DNA of 64,000 nt from Carcharhinus amblyrhynchos (GCA_965287045.1 OZ336871.1:19530001-19594000); one strand, 5' to 3'; positions 14,011 to 27,865 are shown, counted from the first letter of the stretch. A program made the numbers and translations. Notes: generated by a model from the letters alone, not told the origin.

Positions 14011-14629
14011 AAATGTAAAAATATAAAAGTTACAAGGTAGAGGAGGTTACAATTAGGCCATTTAACGTTCAATGAGAAAAGGCAGTAAATAAAGAGTTCA
14101 TTGACAGTAAGTATGTTGACCACAATTTAAATGCAAGCAAACATAGCATTCAGCTTAGTTGAAAGAACAGGAAAGCGAGGCACACAGCTTTTTTGCTGTT
14201 TTCAGGTGCTCATTCTCCAGACTGCTCCAAAGCAAGTAGGGCTATAAAATAAAAAAATCAAAATGGGATCCTAATCATGTGACCTGTCTCTCCATGTTGC
14301 TTGAATATTTCACATAAAGTAACTGATTAGCTTATATGTGGACAGATCGTGGCTTTTTTAAATTTAATTTTGGGATGTGGGTGTTGCTGGCTAGGTTAGC
14401 ATTTATTGCCCATCCCCTGTTGCCCTTGAGAAGGTGTGTTCTGCCTTCTTGAATCACTGCAGTCCACATGGTGCAGCTTCACCCACAGTGCTGTCAGAGA
14501 AGTTCCAGAATTTTGACACAGGATCTTGCTTCCCTCAGGCAATTTGCAAGATTTTACAATGATTTCAATAACTTCAGATTGCATCCACTACACTCATTTA
14601 TTTTTCAGATGGCAGATGCTGGTAATGGG

Positions 14630-14930
14630 CAGCACAACAGCACAGTGGTTAGCACTGCTGCCTCTTGGCACCAAGGACCTGTGTTCAATGCCTGGCTTGG
14701 GTCACTGTCTGTGTGGAGTCTGCACATTCTCCCCATGTCTGCGTGGGTTTCCTTTGGGTGCTCCAGTTTCCACCCACAGTGTGAAGGATGTACTGGTTAG
14801 GTGTATTGGCTATCCCCACCCGTGTTCCCAAACAAGCACCTGAGTGTGGCGACTAGGGGATTTTCACAGAAACTTCATTACAGTGTCAATGTAAGCCTGT
14901 TTGTGATACGAATAATTAAACTTTAAACTC
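14630..14930 (+). mobile_element. V-SINE, tail type B
   Basis: Similar copies at ~9520-9818(+), 31560-31855(-), 42350-42650(-), 45560-45815(-), 47340-47600(-), 49110-49415(-), 54010-54290(+), 61430-61720(+). Confidence 0.82.
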
Positions 14931-17900
14931 AATGGCTCTGCCACTGTCATTTATACCTCTTTTAGATCCAGCTTCTGTTTCTTACCCTCTTTTGTTTTGT
15001 AGCACCATTCCTGTTATGCACGTCATAGAATCATAGAATGCCACAGTGCAGAAGGAGGGCATTCGGCCCATGGAGTCTGCACTGAGAATAATCCCACCTA
15101 TCCCCATGTATTTAGCCTGCTAATCCTCTGATACGAAGGGACAATTTAGCATGGCCAATCAACCTAACCTAACAACTTGGACTGTGGGAGAAAACCAGAA
15201 GACCTGGAGGAAGCTCACAGAGACATGTGGAGAATGTGCACATTCCACAGAGACACCCAAGGCTGGAATTGCACCCATTTCCCTGGTGCAGTGAGGCAGT
15301 AGCATTAACCACTGTGCCACCATGCCATCCCCAGAACTTGTTGCAACCTTGAAAATGTTTTCCTCCCCTTTTCCCTGATATAAAAGGATACGTCACTGGA
15401 AATATTCAGCAAGCCAAGCAGCATCTGTGGTGAGAGAAACAGGACAAATGTTTCTAGTTAATGGCCTTTTCTCAGGATTGGGAGAAGTACAGAGACTGGG
15501 GAAATGGGCAGGGGTGAATATGGAAAGAGGGAAAAAAACAACAAAAAGGAATAGAAAGTAATAATACGGAGGACAGGCAGTGATTAAATGTACAAAAGAG
15601 ATGACGTTACGTGGTAAAACGCGATAAGAAACAAAAGGGAGAAAAACAAATTTTTTTCAAATCCAAATCTAAATGTGGGTGGCACAGTGGTTAGCACTGC
15701 TGTCTCTGCGCCAGGGACCCCTGGTTCAATTCCGGGCTTGGGTCACTGTTTATATGGAGTCTATGCATTCTGCCTGTGTCTCTTTGTGGGTTTCCTCTAG
15801 GTGGTCTGGTTTCCTCCCACAGTCCAAAGATGTGCAAGTTAGGTTTATTGACCATGCTAAATTGACCTTAGTCTCGGGGAGATTAGCAGAGTAATGTGAG
15901 TTTTTTGGCAATAGGGCGAGATTGTTGTCAGTGCAGGCTTGATGGGCCAAATGGCCTCCTTCTGTAGTGTAGGGATTCTATGAATCAAGTGTTGGGCTTT
16001 ATTTTTTAAACAGGCTAAATTATGGAAATTTTGTTTTTAAAAAAAGTCAAATTACATGATGATCGGTTGTGCTGGAGCCTGGAACCAATCACTGCCCCAG
16101 ATTTTTCTTATGTATTAGGTGCTCTTTACCCCATAACCTACAATGTCTGCTCACACTCCAATGTCATTAGCTGTAGGCTCCCTTGGTTTTGCTATGAAGG
16201 TTTATGAATGCAGATGAAACAGAGTACAATATGAAAGATGTAAAATCACAGAGTCCGCCACTTGTGCCGTTGGCTTTTGCGGTGATCATTTGGACTGAAT
16301 GGCCTCCTTCTGCATTGTAGGGATTCTGTGGTTTTATGGAATCAATCCCTGGTCCACACCTCTAAACATTCCCAACATACCTGCCTTTTCCTGCGGCTCC
16401 TTGACCTGCAAGCACAGGAACTGCTCAATTGTCAGAGGTCCAAGTAAATCATTGTGTCACCTGGAGGGAGCGTTTGGGATTTGAGACAGTGGGAGTGAGG
16501 GTGTGAAAGAAGATCAGAAATCTTCAAACTTTATTTCCACCTCTGCAGTGTTCATCAGCAGTGGAATGCCGTGGGTGTAGATAGGCCAAGATTAAGTCCT
16601 CCCCTTCTTCATTCTGAGGTGCTTTCGTAATTTTCAGAGAAGGAAGCTAGACATGTAAAATAAAGTAGGCTCGCCAGAAACTGATAGCGCTCAATGATTT
16701 GCTCGTTTAATAAGAGTACGTAGGCTGACCATTTCCTCTGTCACTTGGCAATCACGCAAGTGTTTCCATGACAGAATAGTTTTCACATACTGCAAAATCT
16801 GTACACTACTCTCCAAGGTAACAGGCATGAGGGAAACAGGAGGGCAAAAAAATTAATACCTCAAGGTTGGCATGTGATTGAGGTAACATGTAAAACTTTT
16901 ACTCCATTATTGAATAGGAAAAATGCTAATTAATGCACATTTAATTTTCACATTTTCATTCTTTTCCTGAAAGCATTAACGTTGTGCGGGGCTCAGTTTC
17001 ACTGCATTGAGTGTCTTTTGACACAAGGTTTTAAGTAAGCTGAATTCATGTGTGGGGTTATGGGAATAGGGCAGGGGGTGGACCTGGGTCAGGTACTCTG
17101 TCGGAGAGTCAGCACAGACTCAATGAGCTGAATGGTCTCCTACTGCACTGTAGGGTTTCAATGATTCATAAAATAGAATCACAGAATCCCTATGGTCTAG
17201 AAGGAAGCCATTTGGCCCACTGTGTTTGCACAGATTCTCTGGCAGAGCATCCATGCCTTATTCCCATAACCCATGTATTTACTTGCTGAACCCCCTAATC
17301 TGGGCGTCTTTGGACACTGAGGGGCAATAAGCATGGCCAATACACTTAACTTGCACAGTCTTCGGACTGTGGGAGGACGTGGAGGAAACCCACGCAGACG
17401 TAGGGAGAATGTGCAAACTCCACACAGACAGTGACCCAAGGCTGGAATTAGACTCGGTACCCTGGTGCTGTGAGGTAGCAGTGCTCACCACTGTGCCACC
17501 ATGCTACCCCTATTCTATCAACTCTCTTTCACAGGCACATCTAGGAAGTAGCCCAGGACTTCAACTCTGACCCCAGCAGCAGCACAGAGGAGAAATTTAA
17601 AGACCGTGATATAGGAAAACTGTCACAGCTAAGAGACACACACCTTACTGGGACCTAGGCTTGAAGGCAGAGACAGTCCAGGGTGCTGGAATTCAGAGGA
17701 TACTGGAGGCCTGGTATCTGCTGAGTCCCAGTCAGATGGTTCCAGTACCTCCAGACTCAGTCATTCTGAAGTTGCTGCAACTCCAAAGGAAAACTCATTA
17801 AAATCAGGAAGGGAGTCCATCTGATAATGCAATGCAAAGATATCAACACTGCTAGGGTGTTGGCCACCCTGGAGACCTTAGTGTAAGATTTTTGCCCTGC

Positions 17901-19129
17901 ACTATTGTAAGTCATGCACTCCCCATGCAGGAACTTGCTGGGATCCATCAGTGCCAATACCAGAAGCTGTGGGGCTTTTCAAACTCACTCCAGCCTCCCC
18001 TCTATCTCAAGGAGGGAGCACCCATAGGCAGGAGGATTGGTTTGCGCAAACCCTGGGGCCACCTAGGCAGGTGACTACAGGAGTATCCCGCCCGTTTGAA
18101 TCCCCTCTTCTCGTGACTGCTTCAACTCCATCGTCACAGACTGAGATTGGTGGCATTGCCACACAGTGGGACCCTAAAATCAGGCTGGGCACCTCTAGGC
18201 GTTGGCCCTCCACAGGACACCTGTCAAGGTCATCAGAGAAAACAGGGTGTGGCAGACAGCAGGCCGCCTCCATCTCCTGCCGTAATGTCTTGGTGCATCC
18301 CCAACTCAGTCTGACGTTGAGGTATTATTTGCTGTCAATTCCCACCAGTTCAATCCATATTTTATAGAATACAGACACACTGTTTTTCTCCCTGCTGTAG
18401 TGATTCCCATTCCAAATATTTGATTGCCATGCATAACCATCCCTAAACAGCCACAGTGTCTATGAAAAGCTGATTTTATATTTGTAGAAAGTCAAATTTC
18501 TCCATTACGCCAACAAATGTGTAAAGATTTTTCTATTTGAGATTTTCCAGCTGTGCATCCAAATCATTTATTGGCACTTTCAATTAAGTGAAAAAGTCAA
18601 AGCATTTTAATCCCTATGGGTGACACAGTGGTTAGCACTGCTGCCTCTCAGTGCCAGGGACCCGGGTTCAATTCCTGGCTCAGCTCAGTGTGTGGAGTTT
18701 GCACTTTCTCCCCATGACTGCATGGGTTTCATCCGGATGCACCAGTTTCCTCCCACAAAGATGTGCAGGTTAGGTTGATTGGCTATGCTAAACTGACCTT
18801 CAGTGTCAGGGGGAGTAAAAGAGTAAATACATGGGGATAGGGGCCTGGATGGAATTGTGATCGGTGCAGACTCGATGGGCTGAATGGCCTCTGTGGGGAT
18901 TCTACTCTATTCTAAAATACTTCAGTGCAACTGGCTGCTTACCTTCCTGACCACACGTGCTGGGTGGCTGGGGATTGGCTTTGTTTGGGGCCATACTCAA
19001 ACTGATGTCAAGAATAGGGACATCTTTGCTGCAGAGATCACTGGATGTTTGTGGGCGCCTGTTTGAGGAAAGGAACAAGCCCCAGTCTTTGTCACTAACC
19101 CTGAAATCCAAACTACCAGAAACGTCTGT

Positions 19130-20740
19130 TTATATTCATGACCTAGGTTCTGGTGTGCAGGGGACTGTTTCAAAGTTTGCAGATCATGGGAGGTGATGGC
19201 CTAGTGGTACTATCGCTAGAATTTTAATCCAGATACTCAGCTAAATTTTCTGGGGACTCAGGTTTGAATCCCACCATGGCAGCTGGTAGAATTTGAATTC
19301 AATATAAAAAATATCTGAAATTGAGAATCTACTGATGACCATGAAAACCATTGTTGATCGTCAGAAAAACCCACCTGGTTCACCCATGCCCTTTAGGGAA
19401 GGAAATCTGCCGTTCTTACCTGGTCTGGCCTACATGCGACTCCAGAACCACAGCAATGTGGTTGATTCTCAACTGTCCTCGTCTAGATGGGCAATAAATG
19501 CTGGCCAGCAAGCAACGCCCATGTCCCGTGAATGAATGAAAAAACATACAAAACTTGGCAGCACTGGAAACGGTGAAGAGAACAGTGTAGAACTTCAAAA
19601 GGACATAGACAAGTTGGCAGAGTGGGCAGATAGGCAGCAGACGATGTTCAATACAGAGATGTGTGATGTGACGTATTTTGGTGGGAAGAACATAAGGGGC
19701 AAAATTCATAGAATCATAGAACCCTACAGTGCAGAAACAGGCCTTTTGACCCATCCAGTCTGCACCAACCACTATCCCACCCAGGCCCTATCCCCATATC
19801 CCTACACATTTACCCACTAATCCCTTTAGCCTACACATCCCAGGACACTAAGGGACAATTTTAGCATGGCCAATCAACCTAAACCACACATCTTTGGACT
19901 GTGGGAGGAAACCGGCACACACGGAGGAAACCCACGCAGACACGAGGAGAATGTGCAAACTCCACACAGACAGTGACCCGAGCCAGGAATCGAACCCAGA
20001 TCCCTGGAGCTGTGAAGCAGCAGTGCTAACCACTGTTCTACCATGCCGCCCCACTCAAAGGACTTTAGGAGCATGGGGACCTGGATGCATTTGTGCATAA
20101 AATCACAATAAGTGACAGGGCAGATGGAGAGAGAGCAGATGATAATGCATATATTATCTTGGATTTTATTAAAACAGCATAGAGTACATGAGTACAGATG
20201 CTGAACTTATACAACACTCAGCTGGAATACTGTTTACAATTCTGGGTGCTACAGGAAGGAAGTGAACACATTGGACAGAGTGCACAAGAGGTTTACAAGA
20301 ATGGTTCTGGGGATGAGAAACTTCAGTTATGGAGATAGATTGGAGGGGTTGGGACTGTTCTCCTCGGAGAAGGAGGCTAAGAGGAGATTAGATAGAGATG
20401 CTCAAAATCATGAGAGGGCAGAACAGAGCAGATAGGGAGAAACGGTCTCCCCTCTTAAAAGGATCAAGAAAGAACGCAAGGGGATAGATTTGCAAAAGAA
20501 GCAAACGTGATGCCAGAGAAAACATTTTCACTTTAGTTCGGGTCTGGAATGCACTGCCTGGAAGTATGTTCGGATGCAGGTTCAATCGAGGCATTCAAGA
20601 CGATTACTTGAATAGAAACAATGTGCTGGGGTATGGGGAAAAGGCAGAGGAATGGAACCAAGCCATAATGCCTGTTTGGAAAGCTGGTGCAGACATGATG
20701 GGCCAAATGGCCCCCTTCTGCGCCGTAACAATTCTGCGAT
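19130..20740 (+). mobile_element. Old degenerate CR1 RT fragment interrupted by two SINEs
   Basis: SKFAD|TKLG split by SINE at 19187; LQKDIDKLAEWADR; ends in CR1-type 3'UTR. Confidence 0.75.
19707..20052 (-). mobile_element. HE1-like tRNA-derived V-SINE, tail type A (CR1-like); representative of ~30 V-SINE copies in window
   Basis: Pol III A/B boxes (cagtggttagc...gggttcgattcc), V-domain gtcactgtctgtgtggagtttgcacattctc...ccacagtccaaagatgtg, tail ...ctgcactgtagggttctatgattctatg. Confidence 0.88.
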
Positions 20741-23290
20741 CCAAGTGTGTAAACAATGTCAGGATGAGCAAAAAAAATACAAGGCTTGGCTTAACTTGTA
20801 AAGCTACATGAACTGCATTTTCTGAGTTTCTGAAAATAAGGGTTTTCTTTCTTGAGAACTTTCTTCAAGAAAGACGGCTCCGTATTAAAATCGACAGCAC
20901 TGGAATAAAACGCAGGAAGTAAATGGACTGACCACAAACACTTTGTTGACTGAAAGGTTAAAATGGTAATTATGTGCAAGATTTAGCATTTGTGCTAATT
21001 CTTCAAATCGGACATCAAGTGAGAAAGACAAAACAAGAAGTTCTTCAAAACTTTCACTCATCCAAAATTTGCAACGGATCAATCCCAGTTGCTGAGAAGG
21101 ATAATTGAAATGTCACCCATTACATTTTTATATCGCAAACCATAACCACTTTGCTCCCAGCTGCACACAACAACACAACAGAACAATAGCTTCAACTAAA
21201 TACATTATGCATTGCGTTTTACTCATTGCTCAAGAACAGTACTTAGTCTTTAGAAAGATTGGAAATTTAATTTCACAATATCAACTTGTTAAATACATGT
21301 GTTAGTTATACAATTGTAACATGTTACGTTTTAGTTACATTTACACCAGTTTTTTTTTCAAAAACCCACTTCCTCTCAATCCCACCACCCCTCCAAAAAT
21401 AAAACATAGCCCAAATAAGTTACCCTACCGAAACTGGCCTGAAAAATCATTACAACTAGTTTAAATTACTCGTCAAAAAGTGCAGCTAATATATGAATGC
21501 TGGTCATTTTTAAAAATGAAACTACTTTTATTTTTACTTGAAATAAAAGGCCAACTTCACCATGTATATTCAGTGCATCATATGTCCTGCCTTCGCTTTT
21601 GGGAAAGGGCCGGTGTAAAGTTTTGTCTCAAGCTCCAGTGATCTCTGCGGGTTATAATTAAAAGGTGCCTCAGATATGTAGCTTCAATCGGAGATCACAT
21701 AATAACCATACTTTGTGCACAGCAGATCCTACTTCTGCCAACCAACTTTTTCTTTCTTTTGAGATGCCATATCGGGATTGCCGAGTGCCAACCACTGGGC
21801 ACCTTTCTCCCAGATGCTGCAAGTTAGCATTAATTCAGTTCTACTTGCTGCCCTAGCATGGGATGTAAAAAAAATTGTGGCAAGAAGCTTCTATATCAGT
21901 TGGTGCCTTGGTATCTCTCTCCATCCATGTGTGCGCGCGCGTGTGCGTGTTCCCACGTACAAAGCAAACATTGAGTCCTACTCTATAGCTCCACTGGGGA
22001 AAAAAAAAGGTGCTGCTTTGCTGGAAAAATTCCATTAACTACACCCTAAATAATGGGAGTTCTTCCTTGTAAAACAGTTGGCCAAATCAGCCTATTCTAT
22101 CTGCTTTACCATTAGAAATCATACAGTGCAGAAGGAGGCCATTCAGTCCATCACGTCTGCACCAACAACAATCCCACCCAGGCTCTATCCCCATAACTCC
22201 ACATATCTATCCCGCTAACCTACACATCCAGGGGTACTAAGGGGCAATTTAGCATGATCAACCTAACCTGCACATCTTTGCACTGTGGGAGGAAACCACA
22301 GCACCTAGAGGAAATCCGCACAGACTTGGGAAGAACGTGCAAACTCCACACAATGAGCCAAGCCAGGAATCAAATTCAGATCCCTGGAGCTGTGAGGCAG
22401 CAGTGCTAACCACTGTGCCACCATGGTAGGGGCCATACAGAATAACACAGAACCAACTACTGGGCAGTGCAAACATAAATTCAACACATTTTGAATAAAA
22501 CATTGGGTGACAAGGTTTTCCGAGAATTGCCAATTCTGGAGCCCACACTCTTAAAAAGGCAAAATTGCGTGCAACACAACTGTGGGCACAGTTCAATCAT
22601 TGTGCAGTGTGGCATCCTCTAAAAATGGTGCTTCTTTCACCAGAAACTGTGAACTACTTGAGGAATTTTAGCACAGGTAATCTTTGGACTGTGAAGATTT
22701 GAGTTGACATTACCTCAGTCACACTGTGTGGGGACAGGTCTAAATTTCCTAACAGACGAATCATCACAATTAAATTGGAGAACAAGAAATGCCTCATTTG
22801 GTTTTCTCCTAATTAATCAAAGTAACCCAATAACAAAATAAAATAATCTTTACTTAGAACGTAAAGATTTAAAGTCAACTGCATGGAATCTTGGGAGGTC
22901 TCAGCTCAGGATAGCTGAGAACATTTAGCTATCCGTTCACACTCACACCCAGACTAATGCAGGGAGATGCAAGGTTCCTATGCTTGAATAGATAGCACTG
23001 ATTGAACACAGAGTCAGATATGCAAAGAGGTAGACCCCACCACCAGCTAGAAATTGGACCAACCTTTGTCAACATGGAAGAATTCAAAACAACATGGAGA
23101 GGGCGGAGGGGGTTACACAAGGAATTAGAGAGACTGAGAATTAGCTTATGTAAAGTGTGATAAATAAAGGTGGATTCTATGATAAGGAAGCTAGGTTCAC
23201 AGGGGTAGCCAGGCCTGGACTGGCCATGAAAATGAGGCCCACAACTACAGCCAGGCTTATGCAGAGAGCAAGTGTTCGAATAAATAGTTT

Positions 23291-23313
23291 GGGGGGGGGG
23301 GGGGGGGGGGGGG
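23291..23313 (+). repeat. G23 homopolymer
   Basis: Direct reading. Confidence 0.9.
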
Positions 23314-23968
23314 TGACTTCCATTCTTCGCATCTTGATATGAACTGGAGGCTTTAGAAAAATCTTGGATGTTTTAAAACACTTTATATGATCCGCACTTA
23401 TAGGCAGGCAACATGCCTGCTAGGCACACGCTGTCAGCCTATAATATGCGAGGACCAAGCACGTTTAGTGAACAACACGTATGGATTTAAACTAGGCAAA
23501 AAAAAACTCAGAAGGAAAACATGTCACTTCAGCTGTGAATTTCTATATGTAAAAAAAAAATGACTGGGGTAGGTCACCTGAATAAGGATTTTTGCGCACA
23601 GAAAACACAAAACTGCACGCGCCAAGAATTGACATGCAGAAGAGCGATTTCGGGAAGTTTCTGTTCATTCACCACCTACAAAGTGGAGGTGGTAAGTACT
23701 TGACACATTGAGGAGTAGTGGGCTATGGGGAAACGGTGCAGAAGAGAGGCTGGCATAGATTAACCGTGATTGCATTGAATGGCGGGGCAGGCTTGAAAGG
23801 CCTGCTGGCCTACCGCTGCCTCTATTTCCGGTGTTCTTCAATGTGAATGGACAGAGGGCCTTGCAAAGCGTGCGGCCTTGATACCCAGTTCCTCAGACCG
23901 AACTCTGCAATGAAATCTACCCAGTTCTATTTGCACAAACAGAAAAATAAAAGTCCTGGGGATGGGGT

Positions 23969-23998
<30 letters not shown>
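23969..23998 (+). repeat. G30 homopolymer within G-rich tract
   Basis: Direct reading. Confidence 0.9.
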
Positions 23999-23999
<1 letters not shown>

Positions 24000-24607
24000 G
24001 GTGTGTAACGTTCATACGGTGTGTAGAAAACAAACGCTGAAGATACACTTAACCTGTCCCTATTCTAGATCCATAAAAATAATTAGGTAAATACACATTA
24101 TTTAGATTCTTACGGTCATTTAATCAGGACTACAGTTTCTTATTTTTAAGAAAGAGGATTCCTACATCGATATAGTGTAAAAATTCATACTTTGTTATCC
24201 TTAATGCTGTTTTTTTTATCCACTTTTAGAAAAGTATGTGACAAAATATTCTTACGTTTAATACATTCCTAGCATCAAAACTCATTTGATCTGCAATATA
24301 CTGCGTCTTTATAGAAATAAGGCTGTCATTCAAGCCTATCTTCCTACAAGAGATGAAACAAATGCTTAAACTGAGCGAATAACTTCTTTTTGTGAAACAA
24401 AAGGGATGAGACACGAGGTCTCGGCAAATGCCCGCAAGTGCCAACTCGGACTTGCCGAAAATCTGACAGACTGCTCCCCGCGTGGGGATGAACAGAGCAG
24501 GAGGGCCACCCAGTGGCCTATCCTGGCAAGTGCCTGCAGCAAGACAACTTGCAAAATTTTGACCTGGCAAAACTAAAGTTGACCAAAAAAAAAATAGGAA
24601 TTTCACA

Positions 24608-24613
24608 TTTATT
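24608..24613 (-). terminator. Candidate proximal polyadenylation signal of SLC12A7
   Basis: Minus strand cTGTAtaAATAAAtgtgaaattcctattttttttttggtc: UGUA upstream, U-rich tract downstream, ~520 nt after the stop; another AATAAA at 21532-21527. Confidence 0.45.
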
Positions 24614-24811
24614 TATACAGTGAAAACAAACACTTTTCGCCGGATGTATTCTCATTTCTTCCCCCCCTCCCCACCCCAAATGGTGCTGATATTCCTTGGC
24701 TTTGATCCAACTGTTTCTGAGGAGGTGTACAATCACTCAGCGTTTAAGAATACACCAGTGCTATCGATAGTGGTACACATTTAGATTACACAATTTGCAC
24801 ACAACTGTTGT

Positions 24812-24843
24812 GAGAGATAGAGAGAGGGAGAGAGAGAGAGAGA
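24812..24843 (+). repeat. Imperfect (GA)n microsatellite in SLC12A7 3'UTR
   Basis: gagagatagagagagggagagagagagagaga. Confidence 0.8.
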
Positions 24844-25133
24844 ACATAAAGATGATCGCCTGAATCAAGCGTCTATGGTTTTGTTTCCATCGAGAATTGT
24901 GCAGTGATGTCTCTGTGCTCTCATGGTCCAGAATATCCAGTGGAAGTCTGTTCACCCTCAGGATGCTCCTCTCCTCCATCACAATCAAAGATCCCAGCAG
25001 CAAATGACACACAAAAGCAAAACATTTCAAACACACCCCTCCCCTCCAGTCACACAAAAGCCAAATGTCACCGGTGAAAGTTGTTGGCATCCCATTCGAT
25101 ACAGATGCTCCGAAGCTGGCCAGCGGAGCGGTC

Positions 25134-25235
<102 letters not shown>

Positions 25236-25421
25236 TTAAGTCAAGGGTGTATCATCCTCCGAGGAAGACTGCAATTGGAAAGGGTATAACAGAAGGCAAA
25301 GATCTGATCAACAGGGAGGGTCACGCAGTGTTTAGCACTGCTGCCTTCCAGCCTCAACTCCAACCTCAGGTAACTGTCTATGTGGAGCTTGCACCTTCTC
25401 CCCTGGGCTTTCCTCCAGGTG

Positions 25422-25482
25422 TAAGTCGTCTCACAACACCACGTTAAAGTCCAACAGGTTTATTTGGTAGTAAACACCACTA
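25422..25482 (-). mobile_element. 61-bp single pLTR arm inserted in a V-SINE
   Basis: TSD GCTTTCCTCCAGGTG (25407-25421) / GCTTTCATCCAGGTG (25483-25497). Confidence 0.75.
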
Positions 25483-27159
25483 GCTTTCATCCAGGTGCTC
25501 AGATTTCCTTCCATCTAACCTGCACATCTTTGGACTATGGATGGGCCGTGCTAAATTACCCTGGAATGTCACACGGTTTGATGGATTAGCCCTGGTAAGT
25601 GGTGGGGCTGGGAACGTAGGAACAGGGGTAGACTATTTAGCTCCTCAAGCCCGCTCTGCTATTCAATAAGATCATGGTTGCTTTTAGCCTAACTCCACTA
25701 GACTCATATCCCTTGATACCCCTGCTCTATAAAAAAATGTGCCTGTCTCAGACTTAAACCAAACAACTGAACCGGTAATTTCAAGGATAGGGTGGGGAAG
25801 AGGGGCTGGGTAAGATATTCTGTCAGACAATCAGAACACACACGATGGGGTGAATGGCCTCTTCTGCATTTTATGGATTCTATGATTCTAGGAGGTTGGG
25901 GGCAGGGAGGGTCAGAGGCACAAGGAGAGGGATTTGAATAAACTGTCCTGCAGAGTTTAGCAATATTTCAGACACGTTGAAGCTGAGAATTCAGACGTGC
26001 AGTCCTCTCTGCATTTTATAGCATCCTCCAATATAAATCTGGCAGCTTCCAACAGACTCCAACAATCACATTTTCCTGGCACCAATCCTTGCTTATCTTT
26101 CACTGATTTTGATGTGCAAGGCCAGCATAATTAAACAAATCGGGTTCAAACAACCTGCAGAGATCGGGGTTGTTTTGTTTCAGGGCCCTTCAAGGGGTTC
26201 ATGTATTTAAATATAGAAGTGCTTTTATAACACATACCATCCCAGGTAGCATGTCCACCAGCAACTAATTTGCATCAACCAAATTATCGGAATTACTAAA
26301 AAGGTCATCAAGTCAAGTGCCAACAAATATAAACGCTCAAGTGTTCGAAAGCAGCTCTATGCTATAAATGTAGTTCAAATTCTCTGAAGACTTAACCGAG
26401 CATTGATACTAGCTCCTGAGAGATCACAGAATCCCTACAGTGCAGAAGGAGGCCATTTGGCCCATCAAGCCTGCACCAACAACAATCCCACCCAGGCCTT
26501 ATTTCCATAACCCCACATTTTTACCCCCAACACCTGACACTAAAGGACAATTTATCATGGCCAATCAACGTAACACACACATATCTTTGGACTGTGGGAG
26601 AAAACTGGAGCACTCGGAGGTAAACCCACACAGACACGGGGTGAACTTGCAAGCTCCACACAGACAGTCATCTGAGGGTGGAATTGGACAAGGATCCCCG
26701 ATGTCATGAGGCAGCAGTGCTAACCAGTGTGCTGCCCATAAAAGAACATTCCATCCAGGCTCATCATCTCCAGCCTATCCCCGTAACCCCATTCATTTAC
26801 CATGCCTACACATCTTTGGATACTAAGGAGCACAGAACGATGAAGAATTATAGCTGCTTTAGCAAAAGCACACAATACTCTCTTCACAGGAATCATGAGG
26901 AGGATTGTTATTTTACACCCAGATCTTTGGCCACACTTCCCTTTCCTTGTGGTGAGCTGCTTGGCTCCTCTGAACAGACAAGGGAAATTCTCAAGTCTGA
27001 GCTGCTGAGTCACAAAGTCCGTGCTCGGAAGTTAAAGGAAATTAAGAAATTCAATGTTTCCTTTATAAAGGCAGGCCACCCCTTCACAGCTCGCCACTTC
27101 AGAAAGCAGAACTCCTCAAGGATCCGAGTGGCAACATGCCAATGAATAACGGCTATGAC

Positions 27160-27530
27160 AGCCAAGTTCCGCACACGAGGACGGCCTCAACTGGGATCTT
27201 GGGTTCACGTCACACTATTTGTAACCCCCATGACTTGCCTGGGTTTGCAACATCTCACTTTCTGTCTGGAGACAATACACATCTCTTTAACCTACGCTTA
27301 ATGCGATCTCCACTCACATTGTCTGCACCTTTAAGACTCGATTAGCTGTAATGACTCACATTCCCATCAGTATTCTGTAAATTGAGTGTGTGCCTTTATA
27401 TGCCCTGTTTGTGATCAGAACTCCCCACTCACCTGACGAAGGGCAAAGCCCTGAAAGCTAGTGGCGTTTGCTACCAAATAAACCTGTTGGACTTTGACCT
27501 GGTGTTGTGAGACTTCTTACTACATCCACC
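27160..27530 (+). mobile_element. Penelope-like element 3' fragment (GIY-YIG C-terminus plus pLTR)
   Basis: gccaagttccgcacac..aggacggcctcaac.gggatcttgggttc..gtcacactat resembles AKFRTH.DGLN.DLGF.SHY; followed by pLTR with hammerhead core. Confidence 0.75.
27429..27464 (+). ncRNA. Minimal type I hammerhead ribozyme motif
   Basis: UCAC-CUGACGA-AGGGC(AAA)GCCCU-GAAA-GC-UA^GUGG: full core, 5-bp helix II, palindromic AGCU helix III, helix I UCAC/GUGG. Confidence 0.72.
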
Positions 27531-27865
27531 TTGCCAGTGGCCTGTGAAATAAAATCAAAAAGCAAATATTCTTGCCAAAAATCTAGTGAGCTATCAACTT
27601 CAAAACGTGGCAGCCATTTTGAAAGGCTGAAATGAGGAGAAAAGAGAACCATTAAAATGGGGATATCAAGGAGGTCAGGAAGGGAAGTCGAGTGATCAAC
27701 AGTTGCATTAGACTAGACAAGGGATGGGCCACTTGGATACGGTAGGATCGGAAGAAGATGGGGACAATGAGAAGGAAGAAAGCAGCAAGGGTGCAGAGTC
27801 TGGATAGCTGGCACTGGTGGGAGATTTGTTTGACGGAAAAATGTGGGGACCAAACAGCTAGGATT

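Noticed and set aside
19980-20052. tRNA-like A/B-box sequences
   Set aside because: SINE heads continuing into V-domains; no complete cloverleaf tRNA identified.
19848-20100. Recurrent short ORFs such as WLALLPHS/GHCLCGVCTFS and CGRKPEHPEETH across the window
   Set aside because: Translations of V-SINE copies, not genes.
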